Of a stretch of 64,000 nucleotides of DNA, positions 45,063 to 56,118 are shown piece by piece. Under the pieces are notes generated by a model. That model ran no database searches, was not told where the DNA came from, and saw nothing but the letters and a program-made list of their open reading frames with translations. Source of the DNA: Desulfonema ishimotonii (GTDB taxonomy: Bacteria > Desulfobacterota > Desulfobacteria > Desulfobacterales > Desulfococcaceae); the NCBI RefSeq assembly GCF_003851005.1, contig NZ_BEXT01000001.1, positions 6,246,996 to 6,310,995 on the forward strand, given 5' to 3'. Numbering within the stretch: position 1 is the stretch's first letter; each line of letters opens with the position of its first letter. The position numbers were made by a program, and so were the translations under genes.

Positions 45063-45365
45063 ACGGTTATCCTGTCTGGAATTAGCCACTGCCTCCGCAG
45101 GGCTGTTGGATGATGCCCGTGTGAAGCGCAGTGCCGTGGTGGAATCATCAGAACCGGGCACTGATTCTGGTTAAGGGATTATGTTGAAAATAATCCGCCC
45201 GTTTTTTGCGCCGGGTTACGCGTTGCTAAACCGATCTGCCTGGGCATATTATTTTTTTTCTGATACCCTGCCCGGTTACTGACTGCTGTTAACGGATCAG
45301 CCGGATGCCTTTTGTGGACAAAAACGGCTTTCTTATTGATCAATATCCTGATATATAACGATGCT

Positions 45366-45440
45366 GTTATACCGTTTCCATTTTGAAATAGACTTCAAGT
45401 CTGAACGCCTTTGAAAATAATCTGTGATTCGGTATTACAG
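45366..45440. repeat. Family D repeat copy (GTTATACCGTTTCCATTTTGAAATAGACTTCAAGTCTGAACGCCTTTGAAAATAAT...CGGTATTACAG).
   Basis: Inverted termini ..GTTATACCG / CGGTATTAC.. and a core shared with the other family D copies. Confidence 0.45.
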
Positions 45441-45711
45441 CTGTATAATAGCCCAGGTTGCCACTGACCTGCTGATTTCCCCTTCGACAAAATCCGGTGC
45501 GCTGTGTAACTGCCTGATGCTGGTCGGACAGGCAGCAACCTGAATTATAATATATTACGCCTGACAAATGGCGTAAACACCTGTCGTTACATCTATCATG
45601 GTCTGCATTTTTTGCGTAGCGTTTTCTGACCTTCTCCCCGGACCGCCCGATCAGCGACCTCCGGGGAAAAGCGCCGTTTGCATAAAGTGCGGTGTCCGGA
45701 GAAAGAAAAAT

Positions 45712-46422
45712 ATGCAATTCACATTTGAGCCGGTCGGCGTGGTTCACTCCTGTTTCAGGGAGAAGTTCGGGATTCCCCGGCAGGCTGGAATCGTCCCAGA
45801 CGCCACGGCGGTACTCGAAATTCTGCCCCCCTTTGACCGGGACGAGGCCTTCAGGGGGCTGGAAGAATTTTCGCACATCTGGCTGACCTTCGTGTTCCAC
45901 GCCTGTATGCGGGAGCTGTGGAAGCCCACGGTCCGGCCCCCGCGTCTCGGGGGAAACCGCCGGATCGGCGTCTTTGCCACCCGCTCCGATTTCAGGCCCA
46001 ATCCCATCGGCCTGTCTGCGGTGGCGCTGGCGGGCATCACCAGAGAGGGGGGCAAACTGCTGCTGCGCCTCGGAGGCGTTGATCTGCTGGATGGGACGCC
46101 TGTGCTGGATATCAAGCCCTACATCCCCTATGCGGACGCCATCCCGGGGGCAAAGGGCGGATTTGCCGCCGAGCGCCCCCGGGACGATATTCCCGTGACC
46201 TTCAGCCCGGAGGCCCTGGCCGTCTGCCGGGAAAAGGCGACACCGGCGTGGCCGGACCCGGAACGGCTGATCCGGCAGATGCTGCAAACCGATCCCCGAC
46301 CGGCCTATTATGGTAAAAATCCCCGGAAATCCGCTTTCGGAATCCGGATTTTCGACGTTGATGTGAAGTGGTCATTCCGGGAGGGTGGAATTCACGTTCT
46401 TTCCGTTGAGGATGTGGCATAG
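45712..46422 (+). CDS. trmO: tRNA (m6t6A37) methyltransferase TrmO (TsaA/YaeB family).
   Basis: MQFTFEPVGVVHSCFREKFGIPRQ...IGVFATRSDFRPNPIGLS...LDGTPVLDIKPYIPY. Start at 45712 with a GGAGA RBS. Confidence 0.8.
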   Translation: MQFTFEPVGVVHSCFREKFGIPRQAGIVPDATAVLEILPPFDRDEAFRGLEEFSHIWLTFVFHACMRELWKPTVRPPRLGGNRRIGVFATRSDFRPNPIGLSAVALAGITREGGKLLLRLGGVDLLDGTPVLDIKPYIPYADAIPGAKGGFAAERPRDDIPVTFSPEALAVCREKATPAWPDPERLIRQMLQTDPRPAYYGKNPRKSAFGIRIFDVDVKWSFREGGIHVLSVEDVA

Positions 46423-46653
46423 CACATCGACCCAAAAATTTGTCCCCTCCCTTTGGTGAACATCATATTGTATGTGGTAGCGTATTGCAATACGCCCCTG
46501 CATGCGAGGAGGGATGAACTTAAAAAGTTGGATACAGTCGATGTATGAAAGCTGAGGCTGTGACGTCCGGCCCTGTAAGATGACAAATGATCAGCCCCGG
46601 TACAGGGAGTGCATGAGCCTTGCTCATGCACTCCGAACGACGAAAAGGAGATT

Positions 46654-48021
46654 ATGGACGACAAAATTATCATCATTGATGACGATATGGATTATCTGGA
46701 TGTGCTGTGGAGTCGTCTCTCTTCGGGCGGATTTAAAAATGTTCACATCGAAGACCTGCCCCTCAGGGCTGCGGAACAGTTCCGGTCGGGCGAGCGGTTC
46801 ACCCTCGCGCTGATCGACATGTCCATGCCGGACATGGACGGCATGGAATTGCTGGAAATCATCCGAAGCAACAGCCCCGGCACCGAATGCATTATGATCA
46901 CCGCCGTCAATGACGCCAAGATCGCAGTGGAGTGCATCAAAAAAGGGGCCTATGACTACCTGCTCAAGCCCGTGCCCCAGGGCGAGCTTCTGCTGTCGGT
47001 CCACCGGGCACTGGAGCGCCGGAACCTGCTGGATCTTCTGGAGATCGACAAACGGAAAACCCTGCCAGAGCTGACCTGCAAGACCGCGTTTGAGCCGATT
47101 GTCACCCGCTCCCGCAACATGCTCAAGGTGCTGAAAGAGGCGGAACTTCATGCCCGGAGCGATGTGCCCATCCTCATCACCGGCGAGAGCGGCACGGGAA
47201 AGGAGCTGCTGGCGCGGGCTGTCCATGCGGCCAGCCTCCGTGCCCGAAAGCCGCTGACCCCCGTCAATATGGCGGCCCTCACCGGCAGCCTGTTTGATTC
47301 GGAGTTCTTCGGCCACACCCGGGGCGCATTCACGGGCGCTGACCGGGAGCGGACCGGCTATCTGGAAAATACCCACGGCGGCACCCTCTTTCTGGACGAG
47401 ATCGGCATCATGCCTCTGGAACTTCAGGGCAAACTGCTGCGGGTGCTTCAGGACGGCGAATTTATCAAGGTCGGGGCCAGCACCCCCCGGACGGCAGACG
47501 TCCGCATTATCTCCGCCACCAACGAGGATATGGAGCAATTGGTGGCCCAGCGGAAATTCCGGTGTGATCTCTATTACCGGCTCAGAGGCGGCTGGCTTCA
47601 CCTGCCGCCCCTGCGGGAACGGAAGGCGGATATCCCGCTGCTGATCAGCGAATTTCTGAGGGAATTCTGCAATGACAACCGGTGCCGGATTGACGTCAAG
47701 GCCATGGCCCTGCTGATGGGGTACAATTATCCCGGCAACATCCGGGAGCTGAAGTCTGTTATTCAGTCTGCGGTCAACCTGGCCCAGGGACAGCCGGTCA
47801 CCGTAAACTGCCTGCCGGAACATGTCCGGGTACGGAAAAAAGGGGTGCCGGACGTGGCGGATGACGCGACGGACGCGATCCTTCCCCTTGCCCAGGTTGA
47901 AAAAAATCATATTCTCAAAATTTATAAACAGTTAAAAGGGAATAAATCCAGGACAGCCAGGGAACTGGGAATCGGCCTGAACACCCTGCGCCGGAAACTG
48001 GTGGCCTATGGCGTGAAATGA
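46654..48021 (+). CDS. Sigma-54-dependent two-component response regulator (NtrC family: REC - AAA+ - Fis HTH).
   Basis: Receiver with LALIDMSMPDMDG; Walker A GESGTGKELLARAVH; GAFTGA present (TRGAFTGAD); C-terminal SRTARELGIGLNTLRRKL. Confidence 0.85.
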   Translation: MDDKIIIIDDDMDYLDVLWSRLSSGGFKNVHIEDLPLRAAEQFRSGERFTLALIDMSMPDMDGMELLEIIRSNSPGTECIMITAVNDAKIAVECIKKGAYDYLLKPVPQGELLLSVHRALERRNLLDLLEIDKRKTLPELTCKTAFEPIVTRSRNMLKVLKEAELHARSDVPILITGESGTGKELLARAVHAASLRARKPLTPVNMAALTGSLFDSEFFGHTRGAFTGADRERTGYLENTHGGTLFLDEIGIMPLELQGKLLRVLQDGEFIKVGASTPRTADVRIISATNEDMEQLVAQRKFRCDLYYRLRGGWLHLPPLRERKADIPLLISEFLREFCNDNRCRIDVKAMALLMGYNYPGNIRELKSVIQSAVNLAQGQPVTVNCLPEHVRVRKKGVPDVADDATDAILPLAQVEKNHILKIYKQLKGNKSRTARELGIGLNTLRRKLVAYGVK

Positions 48022-48293
48022 TTACAAGGCGTGCATCGTGTTTCATGCCACCTGATGTTGCGCGTTCAGCCAGATTCGGAGTGCGGGGTTCGCCAGCGCG
48101 TATTCACCAGCAGGAAAACCCTGCATGCCTTAAACGCAACAGTATATGAACCGGATCAGATCGGAAGACGCCGGGAAAGTATGCTGACAGCGCTTTTGCT
48201 TCGACCGCTATTCCGGCAGAAGCAGGCGTGACAGCGTTTGAAAAAAACATGAGGCCTGCTGACCTCAGCATAACGAATCGGAAAGACGATACC

Positions 48294-49095
48294 ATGAAAA
48301 TTTACATCTCAGCGGACATTGAGGGCATCGGGTGTGTGGTGCGGGGCGAACATGCCTCGACTTCGGGACGGGACTATGACACGGCCCGGCGGCTGATGAC
48401 ACAGGAGGTCAACGCGGCCATACGGGGCGCATTTGACGCCGGGGCAAGGGAGGTAACGGTCTGTGACGCCCATAACACAGGGCCGAATCTGCTTCCCGAA
48501 TCCCTTGATAAACGGGCAGTGCTGGTCATGGGCGGCTCCCGTCGAGGGTATTGATCAGGGGGCTGATGCCGCCTTTTTCATCGGCTACCACGCCATGGCA
48601 GGCACTCCGGACGCCACCATCGCCCACACCTTTACGGGCCGGATTGCGGCGGTCCGAATCAACGGTTTAAAAATCGGGGAGATTGGGTTGAACGCCATGC
48701 TGGCCGGATATTTCGGCGTTCCGGTCGTCCTGGTTTCCGGTGACGAAGCCGGTGCGTCAGAGGCGGGCGAGCTGCTGGGGCATGTGGAAACCGTTTCGGT
48801 CAAAAAGGGCATTGGCGCATACTGCCTTCACCCTGAAAGGTGCTGCCAGCAGATTTACGATGGCGCACAAAAGGCCATGGCCCGCCCGGATGGCTGGAGA
48901 TCTTTCCGTGTGGACGCGCCCACAACGCTGACGGTACAATTCACCACCGCGTCCGGGGCAGACCGGGTATTGCGAATGCCCGGCACTGAGCGCACCAACG
49001 GTACCACCGTGTGCTGGCGCGGGGAAAACGGTCTGGAGGTGTTCAGGGCCTTCAACACCATGTCTGATCTGGTGGAACTGGTTCCGTTTATTTAG
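48294..49095 (+). pseudogene. dppA: D-aminopeptidase DppA (peptidase M55) interrupted by a frameshift near 48535-48545 (CTCCCGTCG, a 3-C run).
   Basis: N-terminal fragment (MKIYISADIEGIGCVV...LVMGGS, stop at 48554) and the remainder in the +1 frame (..VEGIDQGADAAFFIGYHAMAG.. to 49095) together align to full-length DppA. Deleting one C restores GGSVEGID. Confidence 0.65.
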
Positions 49096-49174
49096 AACAT
49101 CGGGGGATAATATTCCCGGGCTCCGGTCTGGGAATGTCGGGAGGGGTGGAGAAAAAAGCGGAGAGGGCAGAACG

Positions 49175-49630
49175 CTATACCCCGGTATGACCGAAGCCGC
49201 CGGTATTGCGCTCCGTTTCGTCAAGCCGGGGGACGACATTCAGCCGGACTTGGCAGATTTGGTTGATCACCATCTGGGCGATCCGCTCTCCCCGCCGGAC
49301 CGTAAACAGTGTCCGACCCAGGTTGATGAGAGGCACCATCACCTCGCCCCGGTAATCGGCGTCAATGGTGCCCGGTGCGTTGATCAGCGTGATGCCGTGA
49401 CGCAGTGCCAGCCCGCTCCGGGGGCGAATCTGGGCCTCATATTCCGGGGGCACGGCTACGGCAAAACCGGTGGGAATCAGAACAATGTCGCCCGGCCCCA
49501 TATCCACCGGTTCGGGAACGGCCGCGCAGATATCCATGCCGGCCGCGTGGGGCGTCATGTAGCGGGGCAGGGGAATATCCGAATCCCTGTCCGCCCTCAT
49601 ATAGCGGATTTTCACCACCGGTGCGGCCAT
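49175..49630 (-). CDS. dut: dUTP diphosphatase (dUTPase).
   Basis: [29 protein letters not shown] and GERIAQMVI motifs. The true start may be the internal Met at 49600. Confidence 0.85.
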   Translation of the reverse strand: MAAPVVKIRYMRADRDSDIPLPRYMTPHAAGMDICAAVPEPVDMGPGDIVLIPTGFAVAVPPEYEAQIRPRSGLALRHGITLINAPGTIDADYRGEVMVPLINLGRTLFTVRRGERIAQMVINQICQVRLNVVPRLDETERNTGGFGHTGV

Positions 49631-50892
49631 CTAAAATTCCTCCAGCAGGGCTGCGTAAGGCGCTGCGTCCGTTACCGGCCCCAGGATCGTCAGGGTCAGG
49701 GGATCGGGCCGGTACAGTTCCTGTGCCAGGCGGAGTATATCGTCTGCCGTCACCGCCTCCACCTGTGACACAATGTCGTCCAGGGGCATGTATCTGCCCA
49801 GATGAATTTCGTCCCGGGCCAGCCGGACCATCTGGTTGTCCACACTTTCCGACGCCAGCATCATGTTGCCTTTTGTGTATTCCCTGGCATCCCGCAGTTC
49901 ATCCGCGTCAACCGGCATTTCCCTCAGCCGCCGGAGCGCTCTGAGGATCAGCCTTACGGACTCGGCCCCGTTGTCAGGCCCGGTCCCCACATAGACCCCG
50001 GAGACGCCGGTATCCGTGTAGGAAGACATGAAGGAGTAGACGGAATAGGCGAGCCCCCGGCGCTCACGGATCTCCTGAAAAATGCGGGAGCTCATGTTGC
50101 CCCCAGCACCGTGTTGAGGAGGGAGGCCGCATACCGGCGGGGATCGGTGATGGAAACGCCCCGGGTTTCCAGGCAGATATGGGCCTGTCCCAGATCCCTG
50201 GGGTGCGGAAAGACCCCTGATCGTCCCTGATGCGCCGTCCGCTCCGGAAATCCGTTTCCGGGCCGGATGGCCTCAAATGCGTCCCCCATCAGTCCGACGA
50301 AGTGATCATGGTCCAGATTGCCGGCAGCTGAAATAACGATGCGCTCCGGCTGATAGAGGCGGTGAAAAAACGCCCGGATCGCAGCCGCGTCGAAGTTCAG
50401 GATATTGTCACGGGTGCCGAAGATCGGACGGCCCAGCGGATGGTCTCCCCAGTAGGCCGCTTCCGAGAGCATATGGATATAGTCCTCCGGGCTGTCCTCC
50501 ACCATTTCGATCTCCTGAAGGATCACCGGCCGCTCCCGTTCGAATTCATCGGGCGCAAAGACGGAATTCAGAAAAATATCCGACAGGATATCGGTCATGG
50601 TTTCCAGATGGGTATCCGTCACCCGGGCATGGTAACAGGTGGTTTCCATACCGGTGAAGGCGTTGGTGTAGCCGCCGATGGCGTCAAACGCCCGCGCGAT
50701 CTGGAAGGCGGTGCGTCGGGTTGTCCCTTTGAAGATCATATGTTCGATCAGGTGGGACAGCCCGCTCTCCCGGGCGGATTCGTCTCTGGCCCCCACATTG
50801 ACCCACACGCCCATTGAAACCGAACGGACATGGGGGATGCGGCGGGTCAGAATACGGATTCCGTTGTTTAAAACGGTCTTATTTGCGGCCAT
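49631..50892 (-). pseudogene. M16-family zinc peptidase (insulinase/PqqL-like) split by a frameshift in a C5/G5 run at about 50096-50100.
   Basis: The N-terminal ORF carries HLIEHMIFKGT (HxxEH zinc site) and ends ..LLNTVLGAT*. The C-terminal ORF starts MSSRIFQEIRERRGLAYSVYS. Adding one G gives a continuous ..VLGGNMSSRIFQE.. of 266+154 aa, a canonical length. Confidence 0.7.
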
Positions 50893-52975
50893 TTTCCTCT
50901 TCCAGGACCGCCTTATGGCTTAACCGGATTTTGCCGTCTCTGTTAATTTCAAGAACCTTGACCCGGAGGGTGTCGCCCTCTTTGACCACGTCGGTCACCT
51001 TTTTCACCCGCTGGGTGGCAAGCTGTGAGATATGGACCAGCCCGTCCGTGCCCGGCAGGATCTGAACAAACGCCCCGAAGTCGGTCGTTTTGACAACGGT
51101 ACCCTCGTACACGGTGCCGATTTCCGGCTCAAGGGTGATCTCGTTGACCCGTGCCAGGGCCGCATCGCCTTCCTCCTTGGAAAATGCGGAGATCTTGACC
51201 ATGCCGGAGTCCTCGATTTCGATACGGGTGTTGGTATCCGTCTGAATTGCCCGGATCACCTTGCCGCCCGGGCCGATTACGTCGCGGATTTTGTCCGGAT
51301 TGATTTTGATGGTCAGCACCTTGGGCGCATAGGGAGAAATCTCCTCACGCGGTTCACTGAGGGCCTCCAGCATCTTGTCCAGGATAAACCGGCGGCCTTC
51401 ACGGGCCTGCACCAGGGCTTTTCCCATAATATCCCTGGACAGTTCCAGGATTTTGATGTCCATCTGAAGGGCGGTGACGCCGTCGCGGGTTCCGGTGACC
51501 TTGAAGTCCATGTCCCCGGTGTGATCCTCGTCTCCCAGGATATCGGTCAGGATCACCACCTGATCGCCTTCCTTGACCAGCCCCATGGCAATGCCGGAAA
51601 CCGGTGCTTTGATGGGGACACCGCCGTCCATGAGGGCCAGGGTGCCGGAGCAGACCGTTCCCATTGAGGAGGAGCCGTTCGATTCCAGCACTTCGGAAAC
51701 CAGCCGGAGCGTATAGTCGAATTCCTCTGCCGGCGGCAGCACCCTTTCCAGGGCGCGGGCGGAGAGTCCGCCGTGGCCGATGTCCCGGCGGCTGGGACCG
51801 CCCATGCGCTTCACCTCTCCCACGGAAAAGGGCGGGAAGTTGTAATGAAGCATAAACCGGCGGGTTTCGTCGCCGTAGAGGGTTTCAAGGCGCTGTTCAT
51901 CCCGGCCCGATCCGATGGTCAGTACGGCCAGCACCTGGGTTTCTCCGCGGGTAAAGAGGGCGCTGCCGTGGGGTCTCGGCAGAACGCCGGCCTCACAGGC
52001 AATGGGCCGGACCTCATCGAACTTTCTGCCGTCAATCCGGCGGCCCTCTTTCAGGATCAGGTTCCGGCTGGCGGTCTTCTGAAGGCTGCTCAGAATGTCA
52101 TAGACCTCGCCTTTGCGGTCGGCATATTCCTCTCCCAGCCCCTCGAAAATTTCGGCCTTCAGCGCTCTGAGTGCCGCGTAACGCGGCATTTTTTCGGGGA
52201 TAACGATGGTTTCCCGAATCCGGTCCGCCGCAAGGGTTCCCAGCTTTTCAATCAGCGCCTCATCCTTCGGGGGCGGCTCATGGGCCTTTTTGGGCTTGCC
52301 GACGGTCGCCTTCATCTTCTCCTGAAGGTCAATGAGGGGCTGCATCGCCTCATGGCCGAAGAAGATGGCGTCCAGCATATCGGCCTCGCTCACCTCGTTG
52401 CCGCCGCCCTCGACCATGACCACGCCGGTCCGGGAACCGGCCACGATGATATTGATATCGCATTTTTCCAGCTCATCCAGAGAGGGGTTGGCCCTGAGTT
52501 CGCCGTCGATCCTTCCGACGCGGACACATGCGATGGGGCCGGCAAAGGGAATATCCGAAATCTCAAGGGCTGCCGACGCGCCGACCATGGCCAGGACATC
52601 GGGGTCGTTCTCCTGATCCATCGACAGCACTGTGGCGATCACCTGGAGTTCATTGAAATATTCCTTGGGAAAAAGGGGGCGGATGGGCCGGTCGATCAGA
52701 CGGGCGGTCAGCGTCTCCTTCTCACTGGGGCGGCCGATTTCGCGTCGGTGATAGTTCCCCGGAATCCGGCCTGCCGCGTATATCTTTTCCTGGTATTCCA
52801 CGGACAGGGGCAGAAAGCCCGCATTGGCTCTTGGCTCGTCCGAGGCGACCACTGTCACCAGAACAATGGTCTCTCCGTACTGGACAACGACCGATCCGGA
52901 GGCCTGTTTGGCGACCTTGCCGGTCTCGATGCTCAGGGACTTGCCCCCCACATCTGCTGTAAGTGTTAACTCCAT
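50879..52975 (-). CDS. pnp: Polyribonucleotide nucleotidyltransferase (PNPase).
   Basis: Two RNase PH domains, KH and S1 (..[14 protein letters not shown]..; C-terminal S1 [20 protein letters not shown]). Start at 52975 with AGGAG 8 nt upstream (the track ORF runs to 53008). Confidence 0.9.
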   Translation of the reverse strand: MELTLTADVGGKSLSIETGKVAKQASGSVVVQYGETIVLVTVVASDEPRANAGFLPLSVEYQEKIYAAGRIPGNYHRREIGRPSEKETLTARLIDRPIRPLFPKEYFNELQVIATVLSMDQENDPDVLAMVGASAALEISDIPFAGPIACVRVGRIDGELRANPSLDELEKCDINIIVAGSRTGVVMVEGGGNEVSEADMLDAIFFGHEAMQPLIDLQEKMKATVGKPKKAHEPPPKDEALIEKLGTLAADRIRETIVIPEKMPRYAALRALKAEIFEGLGEEYADRKGEVYDILSSLQKTASRNLILKEGRRIDGRKFDEVRPIACEAGVLPRPHGSALFTRGETQVLAVLTIGSGRDEQRLETLYGDETRRFMLHYNFPPFSVGEVKRMGGPSRRDIGHGGLSARALERVLPPAEEFDYTLRLVSEVLESNGSSSMGTVCSGTLALMDGGVPIKAPVSGIAMGLVKEGDQVVILTDILGDEDHTGDMDFKVTGTRDGVTALQMDIKILELSRDIMGKALVQAREGRRFILDKMLEALSEPREEISPYAPKVLTIKINPDKIRDVIGPGGKVIRAIQTDTNTRIEIEDSGMVKISAFSKEEGDAALARVNEITLEPEIGTVYEGTVVKTTDFGAFVQILPGTDGLVHISQLATQRVKKVTDVVKEGDTLRVKVLEINRDGKIRLSHKAVLEEENGRK

Positions 52976-53137
52976 AAAATTTTCTCCTAAAAAAAAAAGC
53001 GGCTCCACGCCTGTAACCGGGCAGTAAGCCGCAAAAAAATCTGCGGGATCGGCGTTCGGAAGCCGTCAGGGACGGCACCGTATCCGACATGCAGGCGCAA
53101 TCCGGGTGTGAGGCTTGCGCGTGAACCGAAGACAGAG

Positions 53138-53159
53138 GACGGGTAAGATTTACCGTCTC
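53138..53159 (-). promoter_or_regulatory. Hairpin GACGGTAAATCTTACCCGTC overlapping the rpsO stop codon; putative rpsO terminator / pnp leader processing stem.
   Basis: 8-9-bp stem at the rpsO-pnp junction, analogous in position to the E. coli rpsO terminator and pnp RNase III site. Sequence observation only. Confidence 0.35.
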
Positions 53160-53419
53160 AGCCCCAGTGTTTCGATGATGGTCCGGTAGCGCTGCACATC
53201 CTTGCTCTTGACATAGTTGAGCAGTCGGCGCCGTTTACCGACCAGCATCAGCAGACCTCTTCTGGAATGATGGTCCTTCTTATGCACCTTCAGATGCTCT
53301 GTCAGATAAGAGATACGGTGTGTCAGAAGCCCGATCTGGACTTCCGGGGAACCGGTGTCGGTATCGTGCAGTTTAAACTTGTCAACGAGTTGTTTTTTAT
53401 CTTCTGCTGTGAAAACCAC
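53150..53419 (-). CDS. rpsO: 30S ribosomal protein S15.
   Basis: 89 aa with [48 protein letters not shown]. Confidence 0.9.
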   Translation of the reverse strand: MVFTAEDKKQLVDKFKLHDTDTGSPEVQIGLLTHRISYLTEHLKVHKKDHHSRRGLLMLVGKRRRLLNYVKSKDVQRYRTIIETLGLRR

Positions 53420-53476
53420 TTTTTTTCTGCCTCCTGTCTCTATTTCTTCAATACGTTACGTTACCGTTAAAGCTCT

Positions 53477-54391
53477 TCATATATTCACGTTACTGTTAAA
53501 AACACAACAGTAATTATACGTGTCGCTCTCTTTTTTATGGCTTAAAACCGCCAGCAGGCGGTTGGCGCTGTCTGTCACCCGGAGATACCCCTCCGGGAGG
53601 TTTGCCGGGATGTCGGACCGGGCGATCGTATTGCCGTACATGATCTTACGCATCAGCCGGTGATCGGCCTGATGATCCGGCATATGTGTCAGGGCATCGG
53701 ACAGGGAGACCAGGCGGTCACCGATCCTGCCGGCTGCGGCCAGATCCCCCAGTTCCGCCAGCGTTACCGCATCTTTCAGGGCAAAGTGGCTGCTGCCGGT
53801 CCGTCTCAGGGCCTTCAGATGGGCCCCGCACCCCAGGGCGCGTCCGATATCGGCGGCCAGGGTTCTGATATACGTCCCGCCGGAGCAGGACACTGCAAAC
53901 CGGACCTCCGGCAGGGCGATCTCCAGAATTTCAAGCCGGGAAATCAGAACCGTCCGGGGGGGCTTCTGAACCGGTTTGCCCTGGCGCGCCAGTTTGTAGA
54001 GCGGCACGCCGTTGTGTTTCAGGGCCGAATACACCGGCGGCTGCTGTTCGATCCGGCCCTCAAATGGCGCAAAGGCCGCCCGCACCTCCTCATCGGAAAA
54101 ACAGAGGTTTTCGCAGGTGGAAAGGACAGATCCGGTGAGATCCTGGGTATCGGTTTCGACGCCCAGCAACAAGGTGGCCTCATAGGATTTATCGCCGTGG
54201 AGGAAGAACCGGGAGAGTTTGGTGGCCTGATTGACACAGCAGACCAGAACGCCGGTGGCAAAGGGGTCCAGGGTGCCGGTATGGCCTGCCTTTCTGACGC
54301 CGGTCGCCTTCTTAACGCAGGCCAGTGCCCGGGCCGAACTCATCTCTTCCGGCTTGTCGATGATCAGGATGCCGTTTAACGGGGATTGCAT
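53477..54391 (-). CDS. truB: tRNA pseudouridine(55) synthase TruB.
   Basis: GILIIDKPEEMSSARALACVKK..GHTGTLDPFATGVLVCCVNQATKL, including the catalytic Asp motif. Confidence 0.9.
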   Translation of the reverse strand: MQSPLNGILIIDKPEEMSSARALACVKKATGVRKAGHTGTLDPFATGVLVCCVNQATKLSRFFLHGDKSYEATLLLGVETDTQDLTGSVLSTCENLCFSDEEVRAAFAPFEGRIEQQPPVYSALKHNGVPLYKLARQGKPVQKPPRTVLISRLEILEIALPEVRFAVSCSGGTYIRTLAADIGRALGCGAHLKALRRTGSSHFALKDAVTLAELGDLAAAGRIGDRLVSLSDALTHMPDHQADHRLMRKIMYGNTIARSDIPANLPEGYLRVTDSANRLLAVLSHKKESDTYNYCCVFNSNVNI

Positions 54392-55371
54392 GGTGCTGCA
54401 TCACACTTTCTGACCCCGTCCAGAATGTCGCCCTTGAGGCCGGACAGGGTGGTATTAACGGTAAAGCCGGCAGCCCGGTAGTGACCGCCGCCGCCGAATG
54501 TGCTGGCCAGGGCCCCCACGTCAATGCTCCCGTCCGAACGGAGGCTGACATGAAAGCGGTGATGTCCGGGACGCTGCGGTGCCTCATCCGGCTGCTCCTG
54601 AATAAGTACTGCCACCCGCACATCCTCTATCCCTCTGGCGTAATTGATCATGCCGTCGATATCTTCGGTACGGGTACCGGTCTCATCGAGCATGTCACGG
54701 GTCAGGGTCATCACGGAGATCTGACCGTTGTTGAGGATCTCAATGGAGTCAAGGGCCAGATTCAGGAGTTTGATGCGGCCCAGGGAATAGGTGCCGTATA
54801 CATGCCGGGCCACCACATACGGCTCCACCCCCTGTGCCACCATTTCATTGCAGATGGAAAAGGCGGCGTTGTTGGTGTTGGCAAACCGGAATGACCCGGT
54901 ATCTGTAAATATTCCCGTATAGATGGCCGTGGCAATGGCTGTGGTGACAGGCGTTTTCAGGGCGCGGACAAACCGGTATACGATTTCAGCGGTCGCACAC
55001 GCGGCAGTGTCAATATCGTTCAGATGCCCGAAACGGGTATTGGTCATATGATGGTCAATATTGATCACCACGGGGATGCGGTGAATTTCACCGGCAAGCC
55101 CCCCGATTCGCCCGATATCACCGCAATCCAGAACCACCGCCGCATCATATGTTTCCAGAGGGTCGGTGTGCGCCACAATGCGCCCGGCCGAGGGCAGGAA
55201 ACGGTAGACTGCGGGAATCGGGCTTTCGTTGTAGAGCGTCACCGTCTTTCCCATCTGCTCCAGAGAGAGTCCCATGGCGATCAGGGCTCCGATCGCATCG
55301 CCATCGGGATTGATGTGGGAGGTGACGAGGATGCGGTCAGCCTGTTTCAGTTGGCGTATGATCATTTCCAT
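54376..55371 (-). CDS. nrnA: DHH/DHHA1 phosphoesterase NrnA (bifunctional oligoribonuclease / pAp phosphatase).
   Basis: ILVTSHINPDGDAIGALIAM, DHH motif (NIDHHM) and the C-terminal DHHA1 GGGHYRAAG. Confidence 0.8.
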   Translation of the reverse strand: MEMIIRQLKQADRILVTSHINPDGDAIGALIAMGLSLEQMGKTVTLYNESPIPAVYRFLPSAGRIVAHTDPLETYDAAVVLDCGDIGRIGGLAGEIHRIPVVINIDHHMTNTRFGHLNDIDTAACATAEIVYRFVRALKTPVTTAIATAIYTGIFTDTGSFRFANTNNAAFSICNEMVAQGVEPYVVARHVYGTYSLGRIKLLNLALDSIEILNNGQISVMTLTRDMLDETGTRTEDIDGMINYARGIEDVRVAVLIQEQPDEAPQRPGHHRFHVSLRSDGSIDVGALASTFGGGGHYRAAGFTVNTTLSGLKGDILDGVRKCDAAPCNPR

Positions 55372-55714
55372 CGGTATCTATCGATTTGAGCAGACGGTCA
55401 ATATGTGTGCCATAATCAAAGGATTCGTCATAGAAAAACTTGAGACTGGGCATATAGCGCAGATCCAGCTCTGCGGAAAGCTCCCGCTTGATGAACCCCT
55501 GTGCGCTCTCAAATCCCTTCAGCGCCCCCGCGACCTTTTCCGGTCCGCCGGAAATGCAGAAATAAATCCGGGCGTTCTTCAGGTCTTTGGCCATTCTGAC
55601 GCCTGTGATGGTCGCCATTTTAAGCCGGGGATCCTTGATGTGTTTTCTCAGAATGTCGCCCAGGGTCTGCTGAATCAGGGCGCTGACCCTGTCTGAGCGT
55701 GAAAAAGGCTTCAT
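55337..55714 (-). CDS. rbfA: Ribosome-binding factor A.
   Basis: RSDRVSALIQQTLGDIL...ITGVRMAKDLKNARIYF...RYMPSLKFFYDES. Confidence 0.85.
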   Translation of the reverse strand: MKPFSRSDRVSALIQQTLGDILRKHIKDPRLKMATITGVRMAKDLKNARIYFCISGGPEKVAGALKGFESAQGFIKRELSAELDLRYMPSLKFFYDESFDYGTHIDRLLKSIDTDGNDHTPTETG

Positions 55715-56001
55715 CATAGGTTTATTATCTCCATTTCGGTATCAATAATCTCCGCAAGTCCCAGCGACTCCGCCATATTGAAAATTTTGTCAATTTTGGA
55801 GTTGATGACCTGGCGGTCGTTTCCCACCATGGAAAACCCCACCTCGGCCCGCTGCCAGATATCATTGGCGCCCACCTCGGCAGCAGATACATTGAAGTGG
55901 TTCCGTATCTGTGCGATAACGGATTTCACGACCTTCCGCTTGCCCTTGAGGGAGCGGCAGTCATGCAGCCTGAATACGATGATTCCGATGCCTACGACCA
56001 T
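55714..56001 (-). CDS. DUF503 family protein (YlxP-like), conserved between infB and rbfA.
   Basis: 95 aa, MVVGIGIIVFRLHDCRSLKGKRKVVKSV..., with ATGA overlap to rbfA. Confidence 0.7.
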   Translation of the reverse strand: MVVGIGIIVFRLHDCRSLKGKRKVVKSVIAQIRNHFNVSAAEVGANDIWQRAEVGFSMVGNDRQVINSKIDKIFNMAESLGLAEIIDTEMEIINL

Positions 56002-56118
56002 ATTTTTTTAATAACCGGTTTTTGCGGGTGCGCAGCGTTCGCCCTGAAACCGGACGCGCAAAGAGGTATTCCCCTCCGAACCCCCGGTTTCAAAGCTGAC
56101 AGAGCAACCGCCTGCCTG

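Noticed and set aside
45367-46287. 306-aa minus-strand ORF overlapping trmO.
   Set aside because: Antisense shadow with junk composition. The TrmO frame carries the conserved family motifs and a GGAGA RBS.
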